DNA from: Capsulimonadaceae bacterium
GTDB taxonomy: Bacteria; Armatimonadota; Armatimonadia; Armatimonadales; Capsulimonadaceae
Length of the DNA stretch: 64,000 nucleotides
NCBI GenBank assembly: GCA_965215505.1
Contig: OZ244065.1
Coordinates: 672,001-736,000 of the forward strand
Reading direction: 5' to 3'
Below, one piece after another: positions 28,981 to 39,171 of the stretch (the stretch's first letter is position 1; each line of letters begins with the position of its first letter). Under the pieces are notes generated by a model. The model searched no databases and was not told where the DNA came from. It saw only the letters and a list, made by a program, of their open reading frames with translations. The position numbers and the translations under genes were made by a program.

Positions 28981-29799
28981 ATGCGCGCACGTTTTCTCGC
29001 TTTTACTCTGCTGCTGTCCCTGCTGGCAGTCTCCGCCGCCAAGGCCGCGCCGACGCAGCTCACCTGGTACGGACACTCGGCTTTTAAGATCACGACGCCT
29101 TCCGGCAAGGTCGTCCTGCTGGACCCCTGGATCACCAACCCGGCAAACAAGAACGGGGCCGCCGACCTGGCCGGCATCACGCGGGCCGACCTGATCCTGA
29201 TTACGCACGGTCACTTTGACCATGTCGGCGACTCGGTCGTCATCGCCACCAAGACCGGCGCCAAGCTGGTCGCCACCGGCGATCTGGCCGACGCGCTTGT
29301 CGCCTACGGCGGCTACCCGAAGGCGCAGGCGGGCATGGACACGCAGGGGAACTTCGGCGGCGAGCTTTCCTTGCTCGGCGGCGAGGTCAAAGTCCTGTTC
29401 GTCCCGGCGATCCACAGCTCGTCGGTCACGCCCCCGCCCGGCAGTACGGACACGAACCCGCACGCGGGCGGCAACCCCGGCGGGTTCGTCATCACCGTCG
29501 CGGGCGGCCCGACGTTTTATGACACCGGCGACACCGACGAGTACGCAGACATGGCGCTCATCCCGAAGGCGCACAAGATCGATGTCATGCTCTGCTGCAT
29601 CGGCGACCACTACACGATGGGACCCGTCCGCGCCGCCGACGCGGTGAAGATGGTCGGCCCGCGCGTCGTCATCCCGTGCCACTACGGCACGTTTCCTATC
29701 CTGGTCGGGACGCCCGCCGAGTTCAGCGACGCCCTGAAGGCGAACGGCTCCAAAGCAAAGATGACCGTGATGAGCGTTGATCAGACGCTCACTTTCTGA
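28981..29799 (+). CDS. secreted metallo-beta-lactamase-fold hydrolase (UPF0173-like)
   Basis: WYGHSAF, THGHFDHVGD, GDT, PCHYGTF; signal peptide. Confidence 0.88.
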   Translation: MRARFLAFTLLLSLLAVSAAKAAPTQLTWYGHSAFKITTPSGKVVLLDPWITNPANKNGAADLAGITRADLILITHGHFDHVGDSVVIATKTGAKLVATGDLADALVAYGGYPKAQAGMDTQGNFGGELSLLGGEVKVLFVPAIHSSSVTPPPGSTDTNPHAGGNPGGFVITVAGGPTFYDTGDTDEYADMALIPKAHKIDVMLCCIGDHYTMGPVRAADAVKMVGPRVVIPCHYGTFPILVGTPAEFSDALKANGSKAKMTVMSVDQTLTF

Positions 29800-29811
29800 G
29801 GAAAAAGACCC

Positions 29812-31218
29812 ATGCCGAAAACGATGTTCGAGAAGATCTGGGACGCCCACGTCGTCCGCGAGGAAGCGGGTCAGCCCGCCCTGCTCTATGTGGACCTGCA
29901 TCTGGTCCATGAGGTGACCTCGCCGCAGGCTTTCGAGGGCCTGCGCCTGACCGGGCGCAAGGTCCGCCGCCCGGACCTGACGGTCGCGACGATGGACCAC
30001 AACGTCCCGACGACCAGCCGCTCGCTGCCCATTCTGGACCAGATCTCCAAGAAGCAGATGGAGGCCTTGGCCGAGAACTGCCGCGAGTTCGGCGTCACGC
30101 TCTACGACATCCATTCCAAGCGGCAGGGCATCGTCCACGTCATCGGCCCCGAGCTTGGGCTGACCCAGCCCGGCATGACCATTGTCTGCGGCGACAGCCA
30201 CACCAGTACCCACGGCGCGTTCGGCGCATTGGCCTTCGGCATCGGCACGAGCGAGGTGGAACACGTCCTGGCGACCCAATGCCTGCCGCAGTCACGCCCC
30301 AAGACGATGGAGATCCGCGTCAATGGCGAGTTAGGTATGGGCGTCACGGCCAAAGACATCATCCTCGCCATCATCGGCAAGATCGGCACGGACGGCGCGA
30401 CGGGCTACGTCGTCGAGTACACGGGTGAGGCCATCCGCGCCCTCTCGATGGAGGGCCGGATGACCGTCTGCAACATGAGCATCGAGGCGGGCGCGCGGGC
30501 CGGCATGATCGCCCCGGACGACAAGACGTTCGCCTACATCCAGGGCAAGCCGTCCGCCCCCGCCGGTGAGCAGTGGGAGGAGGCGCTGACCGCCTGGCGC
30601 GCGCTGCCGACCGACGCGGGTGCCTCCTATGACACGCTCGTCGAGATGGACGCCGCCGAGATCGCCCCGCACGTTTCGTGGGGCACCAGCCCCGGCATGG
30701 TGGTCCCGATCACCGCTTCGGTCCCCTCCCCCAACGACTACGCCGACCCCGCCGACCGCCGGGCGACCGAGCGCGCCTTGGAGTACATGGGGCTAGGCGC
30801 GGGCGTCCCGATGCGCGGGATCGAACTCGACACCGTCTTCATCGGCTCCTGCACGAACGGCCGGATCGAGGACCTGCGGGCGGCCGCGTCCGTCCTGAAG
30901 GGCCACACGGTCCGGGCGGGCCTGCGCGCCCTGGTAGTCCCCGGCTCGGTCCAGGTCAAGCTCCAGGCCGAAGCCGAGGGCCTGGACCAAGTCTTCAAGG
31001 ACGCTGGGTTCGACTGGCGCGAGGCCGGCTGCTCCATGTGCCTCGGCATGAACCCGGACATCTTGCAGCCCGGCGAGCGCTGCGCGTCCACCTCCAACCG
31101 CAACTTCGAGGGCCGCCAGGGCAAGGGCGGGCGGACCCACCTCGTCAGCCCCCAGATGGCGGCGGCGGCGGCCATCGAGGGGCATCTGGTTGACATTCGA
31201 GAGTGGGAGAAGAACTGA
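29812..31218 (+). CDS. leuC: 3-isopropylmalate dehydratase large subunit
   Basis: [48 protein letters not shown]. Confidence 0.98.
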   Translation: MPKTMFEKIWDAHVVREEAGQPALLYVDLHLVHEVTSPQAFEGLRLTGRKVRRPDLTVATMDHNVPTTSRSLPILDQISKKQMEALAENCREFGVTLYDIHSKRQGIVHVIGPELGLTQPGMTIVCGDSHTSTHGAFGALAFGIGTSEVEHVLATQCLPQSRPKTMEIRVNGELGMGVTAKDIILAIIGKIGTDGATGYVVEYTGEAIRALSMEGRMTVCNMSIEAGARAGMIAPDDKTFAYIQGKPSAPAGEQWEEALTAWRALPTDAGASYDTLVEMDAAEIAPHVSWGTSPGMVVPITASVPSPNDYADPADRRATERALEYMGLGAGVPMRGIELDTVFIGSCTNGRIEDLRAAASVLKGHTVRAGLRALVVPGSVQVKLQAEAEGLDQVFKDAGFDWREAGCSMCLGMNPDILQPGERCASTSNRNFEGRQGKGGRTHLVSPQMAAAAAIEGHLVDIREWEKN

Positions 31219-31245
31219 TACTGTGCGGAGGCGAAGGAGTGCCGG

Positions 31246-31632
31246 ATGCCCTCATTTGAATTCGTGCGGCTAGGCATTCCTTGCACAGTGCAGACCAGGA
31301 ACAAGAGCCGCTTGGACAACTACAAGCGCGACGTGCGGAGGGCCGCCACAGCACTCTGGCCGGGTGATGTTCTTCCTCTGGCCGTTCCGGTCAGCGTCAC
31401 CATCAGCTACTACTACACGAGCGACGCGCTGGACGTGGACAACATCATCAAGCCAATCCTGGACCAATTGAAGGGTCTGGTTTACCAAGATGATTTGCAG
31501 GTGATTAGAGTCGTCAGTCAGAAGAGCCTGGTACGCACTGAGGGCGTAGCGAGTACCAACGCCTCCTCGGTGCTGACGGGCGGGTTAAGGTCGAAGGACG
31601 ATTTTCTGCACGTCCTGGTAGAATGGGAGTGA
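31246..31632 (+). CDS. RusA family crossover junction endodeoxyribonuclease
   Basis: DVDNIIKPILDQLKGLVYQDDLQV catalytic motif; SD AAGGAG. Confidence 0.85.
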   Translation: MPSFEFVRLGIPCTVQTRNKSRLDNYKRDVRRAATALWPGDVLPLAVPVSVTISYYYTSDALDVDNIIKPILDQLKGLVYQDDLQVIRVVSQKSLVRTEGVASTNASSVLTGGLRSKDDFLHVLVEWE

Positions 31633-31643
31633 GGGAAACACTG

Positions 31644-32039
31644 ATGCAAACGATGATCGCGCCATCGCCGACTGTCCGCCCCCTAGAAGCCGCCGAAATC
31701 CGGCAGCACATCTCAGAGGGAGGGCAACTGATCGCTTCGGGGCAACGAGTGGCTGCCGCCGTCCGGCTCTGGACAGCGTTTGAGGCCGCCGTTCGTTTCT
31801 CACTGACCGAGCTAGGGCAAAGGACTGACGATCCCATATGGATCAGTGATACTCCCTACGGACTATCGACGCAGGCGGTCGCCTACGGCGTCATTGACCC
31901 GGAAGACCGCGACGTATTGCTGCGCTTCCTGCCCATGCGAGACGCAGCCGCACACGGCAACGCAGAAGCCATTGATGCCAGCGTACTTGAGGATGTTAGC
32001 CGGCTCGCCGAGCGGACGTTGGACGAGATGGGGCAGTGA
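31644..32039 (+). CDS. HEPN-like domain protein
   Basis: Helical pattern AAAVRLWTAFEAAVR; Rx4H motif RDAAAHG; alternative starts at 31623/31629. Confidence 0.6.
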   Translation: MQTMIAPSPTVRPLEAAEIRQHISEGGQLIASGQRVAAAVRLWTAFEAAVRFSLTELGQRTDDPIWISDTPYGLSTQAVAYGVIDPEDRDVLLRFLPMRDAAAHGNAEAIDASVLEDVSRLAERTLDEMGQ

Positions 32040-32067
32040 AAGGGGAAGGCCCGAGAGAAGCAGGCAT

Positions 32068-32640
32068 ATGATGACCGGCCCCATCATCTACCCGCCGCAC
32101 CGGATTACCTTTGAGCAGTATATGGCTGAGGAGCAGGTCAAGCGGCGGTACGACATTGTCAACGGCGTCCGCGTTTTCGCCGTGCCGCCGAGTTTGCGTC
32201 ATCAAGATATTCTGGGCAACTTCCTGTCACTATTCCGAGATTATGCGGATCAACATGGCTATGCGACGTTGTTTTCGCTGTTCGACGTGCTGATTTCCTG
32301 GGAGCCGTTCTGCACCCGGCAGTCGGACGTGATGCTTGTCAGCAAGACCCGCTTACAGTCACGTAAGGACTGCGAACCGTTGTCCATCGCCCCGGAACTA
32401 GTCGTGGAAATTCTCTCGTCAATTGACCGCAAACTGGCGTTGGAAAGCAAGCTTCAGGATTATCACACGATAGGCGTTCGAGAATGCTGGGTGGTAAGGC
32501 CTGAAAGACGAACGATTGAGGTGATGTGTGCTACCACCGAAGGGTTCAAGGCCGTACAGACATACGGTGCAGGGGAAGCCGCCCATTCACGCACTTGCCA
32601 TAACTTGGCGGTGTCGGTTGACGAAGTCTTGTCAGTATAG
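32068..32640 (+). CDS. Uma2 family endonuclease
   Basis: YDIVNG, PSLRHQ, QSDV, APELVVEILS, KLQDYHTIGVRECWVVRP. Confidence 0.9.
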   Translation: MMTGPIIYPPHRITFEQYMAEEQVKRRYDIVNGVRVFAVPPSLRHQDILGNFLSLFRDYADQHGYATLFSLFDVLISWEPFCTRQSDVMLVSKTRLQSRKDCEPLSIAPELVVEILSSIDRKLALESKLQDYHTIGVRECWVVRPERRTIEVMCATTEGFKAVQTYGAGEAAHSRTCHNLAVSVDEVLSV

Positions 32641-32643
32641 GCG

Positions 32644-32892
32644 ATGAACAAAAAAGCGACAGGCTTTGGCGGCGGTTGTCAGGAACTTGGGATCGTCGCA
32701 GCCGTTTTCGTCTGCGTACTCACATTCACGGCGGCCCTTGTCTTTGATCTTCATGCGAGTATGCCGCTGCCAAGTGCGGCCTTTCATGCGCTGTTGGCGG
32801 CAGTCGTCGCGTTTGGCCTCATCGCACTGCTTTGGACTATAGTTTACGCCGCTGTCCGCCTTTTTAGCGGCAAGATCGACGGAGGGATTTAA
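32644..32892 (+). CDS. small two-TM hypothetical membrane protein
   Basis: 82 aa with two hydrophobic helices; packed between Uma2 and leuD. Confidence 0.55.
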   Translation: MNKKATGFGGGCQELGIVAAVFVCVLTFTAALVFDLHASMPLPSAAFHALLAAVVAFGLIALLWTIVYAAVRLFSGKIDGGI

Positions 32893-32897
32893 AACTC

Positions 32898-33512
32898 ATG
32901 GAACCGTTCACGAAACTCACCGGCCTTGCGGCCCCCCTGGACCGGGTCAACGCGGACACCGACCAGATCATTCCTAAGCAGTTCCTCAAACGCATCGAGC
33001 GGACGGGCTTCGGGAAGTTCCTGTTCTTCGACTGGCGGTACTTCGCCGACGGCGAGACGCCGAACCCGGAGTTCGAGCTGAACCAGCCGCAGTATCAGGG
33101 CGCGACGATCCTGATCACGGGCAAGAACTTCGGCTGCGGGTCGTCGCGCGAACACGCGCCGTGGGCGCTGGCGGACTATGGGTTCAAGGCGATTTTGGCC
33201 CCCTCGTTCGCGGACATCTTCTACAACAACTGCTTCAAGAATGGGATGCTGCCGGTCACGCTGCCGGAGGAGACCATCACGATGCTCCTGGAGCGGGGGA
33301 GGACGCCAGGCTACCAGATGACGGTGGACCTGGAGAACCTGACCATTTCAGACGAGGAGGGCTTCTCCACCCCGTTCGAGGTGGATGCCTTCCGGCGTCA
33401 CTGCCTGCTCCACGGGCTGGACGACATCGGGCTGACCTTGCAGCATGAGCCGGACATCACGGCCTATGAGGCGAAGCGGCCCGCGTGGACGCGGAGCGCG
33501 GCGGCGGCGTAA
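32898..33512 (+). CDS. leuD: 3-isopropylmalate dehydratase small subunit
   Basis: [44 protein letters not shown]. Confidence 0.98.
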   Translation: MEPFTKLTGLAAPLDRVNADTDQIIPKQFLKRIERTGFGKFLFFDWRYFADGETPNPEFELNQPQYQGATILITGKNFGCGSSREHAPWALADYGFKAILAPSFADIFYNNCFKNGMLPVTLPEETITMLLERGRTPGYQMTVDLENLTISDEEGFSTPFEVDAFRRHCLLHGLDDIGLTLQHEPDITAYEAKRPAWTRSAAAA

Positions 33513-33522
33513 TAGCCAGTCG

Positions 33523-33546
33523 GGGCGCGGCGAATGCCGCGCCCTT
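33523..33546. terminator. hairpin between convergent leuD and sbcD
   Basis: GGGCGCGGC-GAAT-GCCGCGCCC stem-loop. Confidence 0.6.
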
Positions 33547-33549
33547 CGT

Positions 33550-34800
33550 CTATTTTAGCGCCTCTTCGGCCTCTAGCTCGCGCAGCAACGGCTCGGCATG
33601 GGCGACGAGTTCATCTTTGCGCGGGCGCAGGGTGTCCCGCGTCTCGCAGTAAATGGCGAGGGCACCCAGGGGGTCGAGCGACTCGGTGAGCATCTTGGAG
33701 CGGACGGCGTCGGTGTCCCGGACGATCTCTTTGTGGATCGAGACGGTCAGGTGGCTGGCGTTCAGGGCGGCGCGGATGTCGGCTTCGCGCAGGGCGGCCT
33801 GCTGCTCGGACTTGATCTTGTAGGCGACCTTGACGATGGCCTCCTCGATGGTGTGCTTCTTGATGGCCGCGATGATCGTGTCGGTGGGGTCGTCGCCCGC
33901 CTCGGTCGCGTCCACCTCGATCTCCACGAAAGGGCGCGTCTTGACCCGGACGTGCTTGACCTCGGTGTCGCCTTTCAGCAGGTCTACCAGGGCGAAGCCC
34001 TTCTCCTCCGACCGCTCCCCGAAATCAATCCGCTCGATGCTGCCGCTGTAGACGACGGGCGGCTGCTGGCCTTTGTGCAAGTCCTGATAGCGGTGGATGT
34101 GGCCCAGGGCGACGTAGTCGAACGGCTTTTGTGTCAGCACGGATAGGGACACTTCCGGCTCATTCGTCAGATAGCCGACCTGGTTCGCGCTGAGTTTGGC
34201 GTTGGCGACCGAGAAGTGACCCATCAGGATCGTCGGCAGATCCGGGTCGCAGGAGGCGGCCAGGGCGTTGATCCCCGCCGTGTAGCGATCTACGATGAGC
34301 TGCGTGGTCCCCTGGACGCCCTGGTCTTTGTTCTCCTCGCGGGACAGGACGAGGCTCTTGATGAGGTACGGCATGGCGGCGATCTGGACGCTCGCCCCGC
34401 CCTTCGTCTCCACGACCGCCATGTCGGGGTGGTCGAAGACGCGCAAGCGTTCGCCGGCCAGTTCCCCAAAGATCTCGATGGCGTTGGCCCGGCCCTTCGT
34501 GTTCGGGATGTCGTGGTTCCCGGCCAGCATGACGACCGGGACGCCCGCCTTGGTCAGCTTGGCGAGACACTGGGCGAACTCGCGCTGGTGGGTCTGGTTC
34601 GGGTCGCGCGTCTTGTAGGCGTCCCCGGCGAACACGGCCAGTTCTACCCCGGCTTCCAGGGCGATGGTGATAGCTTCCGACAGGGCGTTGCGGAAGTCCA
34701 CGAGCCGCGAGGGCAGGCCGGTCTGCGGGTCGAAGCGCCCGTAGTTCTCGACGCCGAAGTGAACATCGCCGAAGTGCATGAGGCGGATGGGTTTGGGCAT
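33550..34800 (-). CDS. sbcD: SbcD/Mre11 family nuclease
   Basis: GDVHFG, FAGDAY, GNHD, GHF, DYVALGHIH, YSGSIERIDFGE. Confidence 0.92.
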   Translation of the reverse strand: MPKPIRLMHFGDVHFGVENYGRFDPQTGLPSRLVDFRNALSEAITIALEAGVELAVFAGDAYKTRDPNQTHQREFAQCLAKLTKAGVPVVMLAGNHDIPNTKGRANAIEIFGELAGERLRVFDHPDMAVVETKGGASVQIAAMPYLIKSLVLSREENKDQGVQGTTQLIVDRYTAGINALAASCDPDLPTILMGHFSVANAKLSANQVGYLTNEPEVSLSVLTQKPFDYVALGHIHRYQDLHKGQQPPVVYSGSIERIDFGERSEEKGFALVDLLKGDTEVKHVRVKTRPFVEIEVDATEAGDDPTDTIIAAIKKHTIEEAIVKVAYKIKSEQQAALREADIRAALNASHLTVSIHKEIVRDTDAVRSKMLTESLDPLGALAIYCETRDTLRPRKDELVAHAEPLLRELEAEEALK

Positions 34801-34824
34801 GGAAGTCTTCCAACTGACGAAGTT

Positions 34825-34982
34825 TAACCCGGCCTGAAGGCCTAGCCTACTCGAGTGGGCCGCCCCTTCGGGGCTTCGGATAGAAGGGATTGGCCTTCGG
34901 AGGTGTGGTCCGTGATCTGTAGCCCCGAAGGGGCGGCCCGCCGGCGCAGCCGGGAGTAGCCCGGCCCTTCAGGGCCGGGTTA
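34825..34982. repeat. REPIN/MITE-like composite inverted repeat (family B)
   Basis: TAACCCGGCCTGAAGGCC..CTAC..GGGCCGCCCCTTCGGGGCT pairs with AGCCCCGAAGGGGCGGCCC..GTAGCCCGGCCCTTCAGGGCCGGGTTA. Confidence 0.85.
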
Positions 34983-35000
34983 TCTGCGCGACATCTGGTG

Positions 35001-36083
35001 TTAAACCGGCAGCACTTCCACGACCGGCGGCAGCAGGATGGACTGCGGGTTGGTCGCGGCGGCGATGGCGGGAACGTCGTTCAGGAAGTGGTAACAGACG
35101 CCAAAGTCGGCGTGCTCATCAGGGTGGTCAGCAACTGTGTCGCCCAGGAGGAAAGCGACTGACACATCTCCCTGATGCGTGAGCCGCACCGTCAGTTCTC
35201 GGCAGTCCGGCGGCATTTGTGTGATGGCGACGGCCAAGGCCTTGTCGCTGTCAATCAGGTGGAACCACCGCTGCGGCAGGAACTCCTCCGCTGTAGCCAC
35301 TTCCCCGACATAATCCGTTCGCCCCGCCGTCGTCACGGACCAGCGGGCGTGGGTCGTGTCCCCGAACTCCGTCCGCCAGACGATCTCCGGCGCTTTCTCG
35401 TCGAGTTTGCCGAAGACGTAACCGCCTACGCCGAAGTCGCAGGTAATCGTTGGAGAAGTGATGGCGAGCGGCAGGGTGAAGACGATCTCGTCGCCCCGCT
35501 GTGCCTGCTTTATCTTGTGGGTGACGGTCGCCCAGGATTTACAAGCCGTAATCTCCGTGTCCGTGCCGCAGGCGGTGCCGTCAGGGTAACGGCGTGAGGC
35601 TCCCGTCCAAGCGGTTATGGCTGAGAAGTCAGGGGCATGGTAAAACAAGTCACCACCCTCTTGCGGCAGATCGCCGTTGCGGGAAATACATAGCGGCTCC
35701 CGCAATAACGGGATGCCGTCGTAAATGACTTCACGGATCGTCCCATCATAGTGCAGGCCGATCTGGAACCGCTTCTGCTGGTTGGAGAGGAGGCCGGGGT
35801 TATCCTTCTTCGTGAGGCGAAGTGGATCGTCTAAGGACGCGCTGGATGGTCCTTCCATGAGGGCCAGGTCGCGCGTGGCATGGGGATCAAGAGAAATGGC
35901 GAAGTCGAGCCGGAACGTGCCTCTATGCGTCACTTGCATCGGGAGGTCGTTTGTCCCGTCGGACAAGCGAAGACGCTGAAGCGGGGTGTCCGGCGGCAGG
36001 GCGACCTTAGCGTAGAGTGGATACAGAAACCGCCGAATGCCGGCCGTCTCGCGGACGCGGATGCGGGCTAAAACGTCGCTCAT
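35001..36083 (-). CDS. hypothetical beta-rich protein
   Basis: 360-aa ORF; ATGA overlap with the waaA stop. Confidence 0.7.
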   Translation of the reverse strand: MSDVLARIRVRETAGIRRFLYPLYAKVALPPDTPLQRLRLSDGTNDLPMQVTHRGTFRLDFAISLDPHATRDLALMEGPSSASLDDPLRLTKKDNPGLLSNQQKRFQIGLHYDGTIREVIYDGIPLLREPLCISRNGDLPQEGGDLFYHAPDFSAITAWTGASRRYPDGTACGTDTEITACKSWATVTHKIKQAQRGDEIVFTLPLAITSPTITCDFGVGGYVFGKLDEKAPEIVWRTEFGDTTHARWSVTTAGRTDYVGEVATAEEFLPQRWFHLIDSDKALAVAITQMPPDCRELTVRLTHQGDVSVAFLLGDTVADHPDEHADFGVCYHFLNDVPAIAAATNPQSILLPPVVEVLPV

Positions 36084-37417
36084 TTCGACAGGGTCTCCTC
36101 GAAGATCGCGGCGATGTGGTCTACGGTATACTGCGTCGCCCCCTGGCTGCCCTCAAAGACCGAGTAGGCGGCTTTGCCCATCGCCTCCCGCGCGCCCGCG
36201 TCTTGCAAGAGGCGCACAAAGGCTTCGGTGAGCTGCTGCGTCTGCGCCTCTTTGTCGGTGTCGTCAGCCGAAATCTGGGCGATGCCGCCGCGCATGAGAA
36301 AATCGTCAATGATCTGGGGGAAGTTCTTCATGGACGGGCCGACGACGATGGGCTTGCCGTAGACGGCCGGCTCCATGATGCTCTGCCCGCCGTGCGGGAT
36401 CAATGTCCCGCCGACGAACACGACGGTGGCGAACTGGTAGGCGGTGGCGAGTTCACCCAGGGTGTCCCCGATCAGCACGTCGGCGGACGGGTCGCCGGGT
36501 GCGGGGTCCGAGCGGCGCTTGACGCGCCAGCCCAACCTTTCGGCAAGGAGGGCGACGGGAGCAAACCGCTCGGGGTGGCGCGGGACGAGCAGCAGCCGCG
36601 TGTTCTCCAGGCCCTGCACCTGCCGGACGCGGCGCAGGGTGTCGAGGATGGTCTGCTCCTCACCCTCATGGACGCTGCCGGCGACGATCAGGGGGGCGTC
36701 TCCCGCCGTCAAGGCGAGCGAGTGGTCGAGGGCGGACGCCTGCGCCTCGGTGACTTCTTTCTCCACGAGGTTCCGGTCGTATTTGATGTTGCCGCTGACG
36801 CGCAGTTTGCTCGGGGGTGCCCCCATGCGCTGCAAGCGGTCGGCGTCTTCGCGCGACTTCATTATTAAGAGGCTGTAGCTGCGGAAGACCGGCCCCATCA
36901 GAGGCTGAAGCCAGCGGTAATATTGGAACGACTGGGCGGAGATGCGGCCGTTCGCCATGACGATGGGGACGCCGCGCTTCCGGGTCTCGTGCAGGACGTT
37001 GGGCCAGATCTCGGTGTCAATCGTGATAAAGAGCGCAGGCTTGATAATGTCCAGCACTTTGTTCGCGATGGAGGCAAGATCAATCGGGAAGTAGAAGGTG
37101 TTCCCCACCCCATATTTGGCGAACCGCTCCTGGGCGATGGCCTGGCCGGTCTTGGTGATGGTGCTGAAGACGAATCGCGCCTGCGGGAACCTTTGGGACA
37201 GGGCGTGGGCGAGCGGCTGGACGCTCAGGGTCTCGCCGACGGAGCAGGAGTGTATCCAGACGGTGGGCCGGCCGTCGGCTTTCAGCGTGTCCGGCAGGTG
37301 GCCGCGCCGCTGCCGCAGTGCGGGCAGGTACTTCTGGTGCTTCCAGGCACGGTACAGGAAGTAGGGGGTCATCAGGAAGACCCAGGAGCCGAACAGGAAG
37401 CTGTAGAGGGAGTACAT
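36080..37417 (-). CDS. waaA: 3-deoxy-D-manno-octulosonic acid transferase
   Basis: WIHSCSVGE, TEIWPN, NGRIS, GNIKYD, VPRHPERF, DTLGEL, FVGGTL, MEPA. Confidence 0.95.
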   Translation of the reverse strand: MYSLYSFLFGSWVFLMTPYFLYRAWKHQKYLPALRQRRGHLPDTLKADGRPTVWIHSCSVGETLSVQPLAHALSQRFPQARFVFSTITKTGQAIAQERFAKYGVGNTFYFPIDLASIANKVLDIIKPALFITIDTEIWPNVLHETRKRGVPIVMANGRISAQSFQYYRWLQPLMGPVFRSYSLLIMKSREDADRLQRMGAPPSKLRVSGNIKYDRNLVEKEVTEAQASALDHSLALTAGDAPLIVAGSVHEGEEQTILDTLRRVRQVQGLENTRLLLVPRHPERFAPVALLAERLGWRVKRRSDPAPGDPSADVLIGDTLGELATAYQFATVVFVGGTLIPHGGQSIMEPAVYGKPIVVGPSMKNFPQIIDDFLMRGGIAQISADDTDKEAQTQQLTEAFVRLLQDAGAREAMGKAAYSVFEGSQGATQYTVDHIAAIFEETLSK

Positions 37418-37431
37418 AGGCGATGGGGCCG

Positions 37432-38175
37432 CTAGGCGCTGTTCAAAATGCCGAACATCGCGATGACGCGCTGCAAGTCGGCTTCGGTGTCCACGCCGAC
37501 GGTGTCGTGCGGCGTCTCGGCCACGAAGATGGGGACGCCGTTTTGCAGGAACCGGAGCTGGTCCAGGCTCTCGGACAGCTCCAGGGACGACTGCGACAGG
37601 CTGTGGTATAGATCCAGCGCCTCGCGCGTGTAGGCGTACAGGCCAATGTGCTTGAAGTGCTGGACTCGGCCGGTCCCCGCCCGGTCAAAGGGGACGGGGT
37701 AGCGCGAGAAGTACAGCGCGCTTCTATTCTCCGCCGTGACCACTTTGACGTTGTTCGGGTCGGCGGCCTCGGCGGCCTGGACGGCGACTTTGAGGGTCGT
37801 CACCCGCGCCCCGCTGCCGTCGGTGAATGGAGCCAGCATCAGTTCCAGGTGGTCGGGCCGCAGGGTCGGCTCGTCGCCCTGGATGTTGACATAGATGTCA
37901 GCGTCGGTCCGCGTCAGGACCTCATGCACCCGGTCCGTGCCGGAGGGATGCTCGCCGGTCAGGACGACGGGGATGCCCGCCGCCTCGCAGGACGCCTGGA
38001 TCTCGGGGCTGTCCGTCGCCACGGCGAGGTCCGTCAGGAGCGGCGACCGCTTGGCGTTCAGGTAAACCCAGTGGATCATCGGCTTGCCGGCGATCTCGCG
38101 CAGGGCCTTCCCCGGCAGCCGGGACGAGTTGAACCGGGCGGGGATGACGCCCATGATTTTGAGGTTGGTGGTCAT
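37432..38175 (-). CDS. kdsB: 3-deoxy-manno-octulosonate cytidylyltransferase
   Basis: IPARFNSSRLPGK, SGTDR, NIQGDEP, ALYFSR, HIGLYAY, VDTEADL. Confidence 0.95.
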   Translation of the reverse strand: MTTNLKIMGVIPARFNSSRLPGKALREIAGKPMIHWVYLNAKRSPLLTDLAVATDSPEIQASCEAAGIPVVLTGEHPSGTDRVHEVLTRTDADIYVNIQGDEPTLRPDHLELMLAPFTDGSGARVTTLKVAVQAAEAADPNNVKVVTAENRSALYFSRYPVPFDRAGTGRVQHFKHIGLYAYTREALDLYHSLSQSSLELSESLDQLRFLQNGVPIFVAETPHDTVGVDTEADLQRVIAMFGILNSA

Positions 38176-38188
38176 AAGTTCTTGGCTG

Positions 38189-38346
38189 ACCTCTCCCCGG
38201 CGCAGCACTGGCTACCCGGAGGGCAAGCGCCGACCCTCCCCTGTTAAGGGAGGGTGAAGACAGGAAGGGCTTTCACTTCATTCCTACCCTTCCCTAACAG
38301 GGAAGGGTGGCGGCTAAGGTTTTATTGGGGGGCCGCCGGGTTAGGT
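38189..38346. repeat. palindromic element, CCCTCCC..GGGAGGG type (family C)
   Basis: Ends ACCTCTCCCCGGCG / CGCCGGGTTAGGT; inner inverted hairpins at 38233-38255 and 38286-38308; the 15-mer AGCGCCGACCCTCCC recurs at 62200. Confidence 0.75.
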
Positions 38347-39162
38347 CCCCTCTGGTATCTCCGCCGAATCCGCCGGGCGCAGGTGGATCAGCTTGATCCG
38401 CCAGTGTTCACCGAAGCGTTCCCGGACGGCGGCATCGTCTTCGATCCGTCGCCTCCTGCCGCCCTGCACCCAATACGTCTCGGCCTGGGGCCAAGAGTAG
38501 ACCAATTTGCCTTCGGCGGCCTCGGCCAATGTCAGCGGCGGGCCGTCGGGGACGATACCGATGTCTTCCGGTGACGGCAGGGGCTGGATGAGCCGCTGCC
38601 AGCCGTCGCCGAAGCGCAGGCGTCCGCAGGTGGGCGAGGCCAGGAGCCGCTTGACGCCGTTCTCGACGAACCAGACCCGGCGGTCATCTTCCACGGGGAC
38701 CCGAATCAGCCGCCCTTCGAGTTGTGCTGGAGACGGGGAGGCCGTCCGGCGAACGGGGGCGGCGGTCCCTCGCGCGTCCTCAGACGGCGCGGAGGTCGAG
38801 ATGATCTCTACCCGTCCTACTTCCGTCAGGAACGAAGGCGGGGCGTAGACAGCGACCAGTTCCGCCTCAAAGTGGCCGGCCTCGTCAATGGGGAACAGGC
38901 CGCCCCCGCCGCCCTTGACCGTGTAGGAATACGTAACGCTCTGGCCGTCGGTCGCGGGCAGTATTTCGCGGCTCTGGAGCTGCTTCTCGACGGTGACGCG
39001 CTCGATGACCCGCCAAAGCACCAAGCCCGGCGCGGGCGCGGGCAGTTCGCCCGAGGCGGTCTTGGGTTGCCCCCGGCCCCCGAGCATGCCGCCGCGCGCA
39101 CCGGTCAGGTCAATCTGGGCGGTCACGAAAACGGCCTGCGGGTGGGCGGCGACGTCTTCCAT
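38341..39162 (-). CDS. hypothetical protein with two C-terminal ~55-aa repeats
   Basis: VWFVENGVKRLL..RFGDGW..VPDG and TYWVQGGRRRRI..RFGEHW..IPEG. Confidence 0.7.
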   Translation of the reverse strand: MEDVAAHPQAVFVTAQIDLTGARGGMLGGRGQPKTASGELPAPAPGLVLWRVIERVTVEKQLQSREILPATDGQSVTYSYTVKGGGGGLFPIDEAGHFEAELVAVYAPPSFLTEVGRVEIISTSAPSEDARGTAAPVRRTASPSPAQLEGRLIRVPVEDDRRVWFVENGVKRLLASPTCGRLRFGDGWQRLIQPLPSPEDIGIVPDGPPLTLAEAAEGKLVYSWPQAETYWVQGGRRRRIEDDAAVRERFGEHWRIKLIHLRPADSAEIPEGT

Positions 39163-39171
39163 ACGGGTGGG

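Noticed and set aside
31246-31632. Prophage remnant, based on RusA
   Set aside because: No integrase, att sites or phage structural genes seen.
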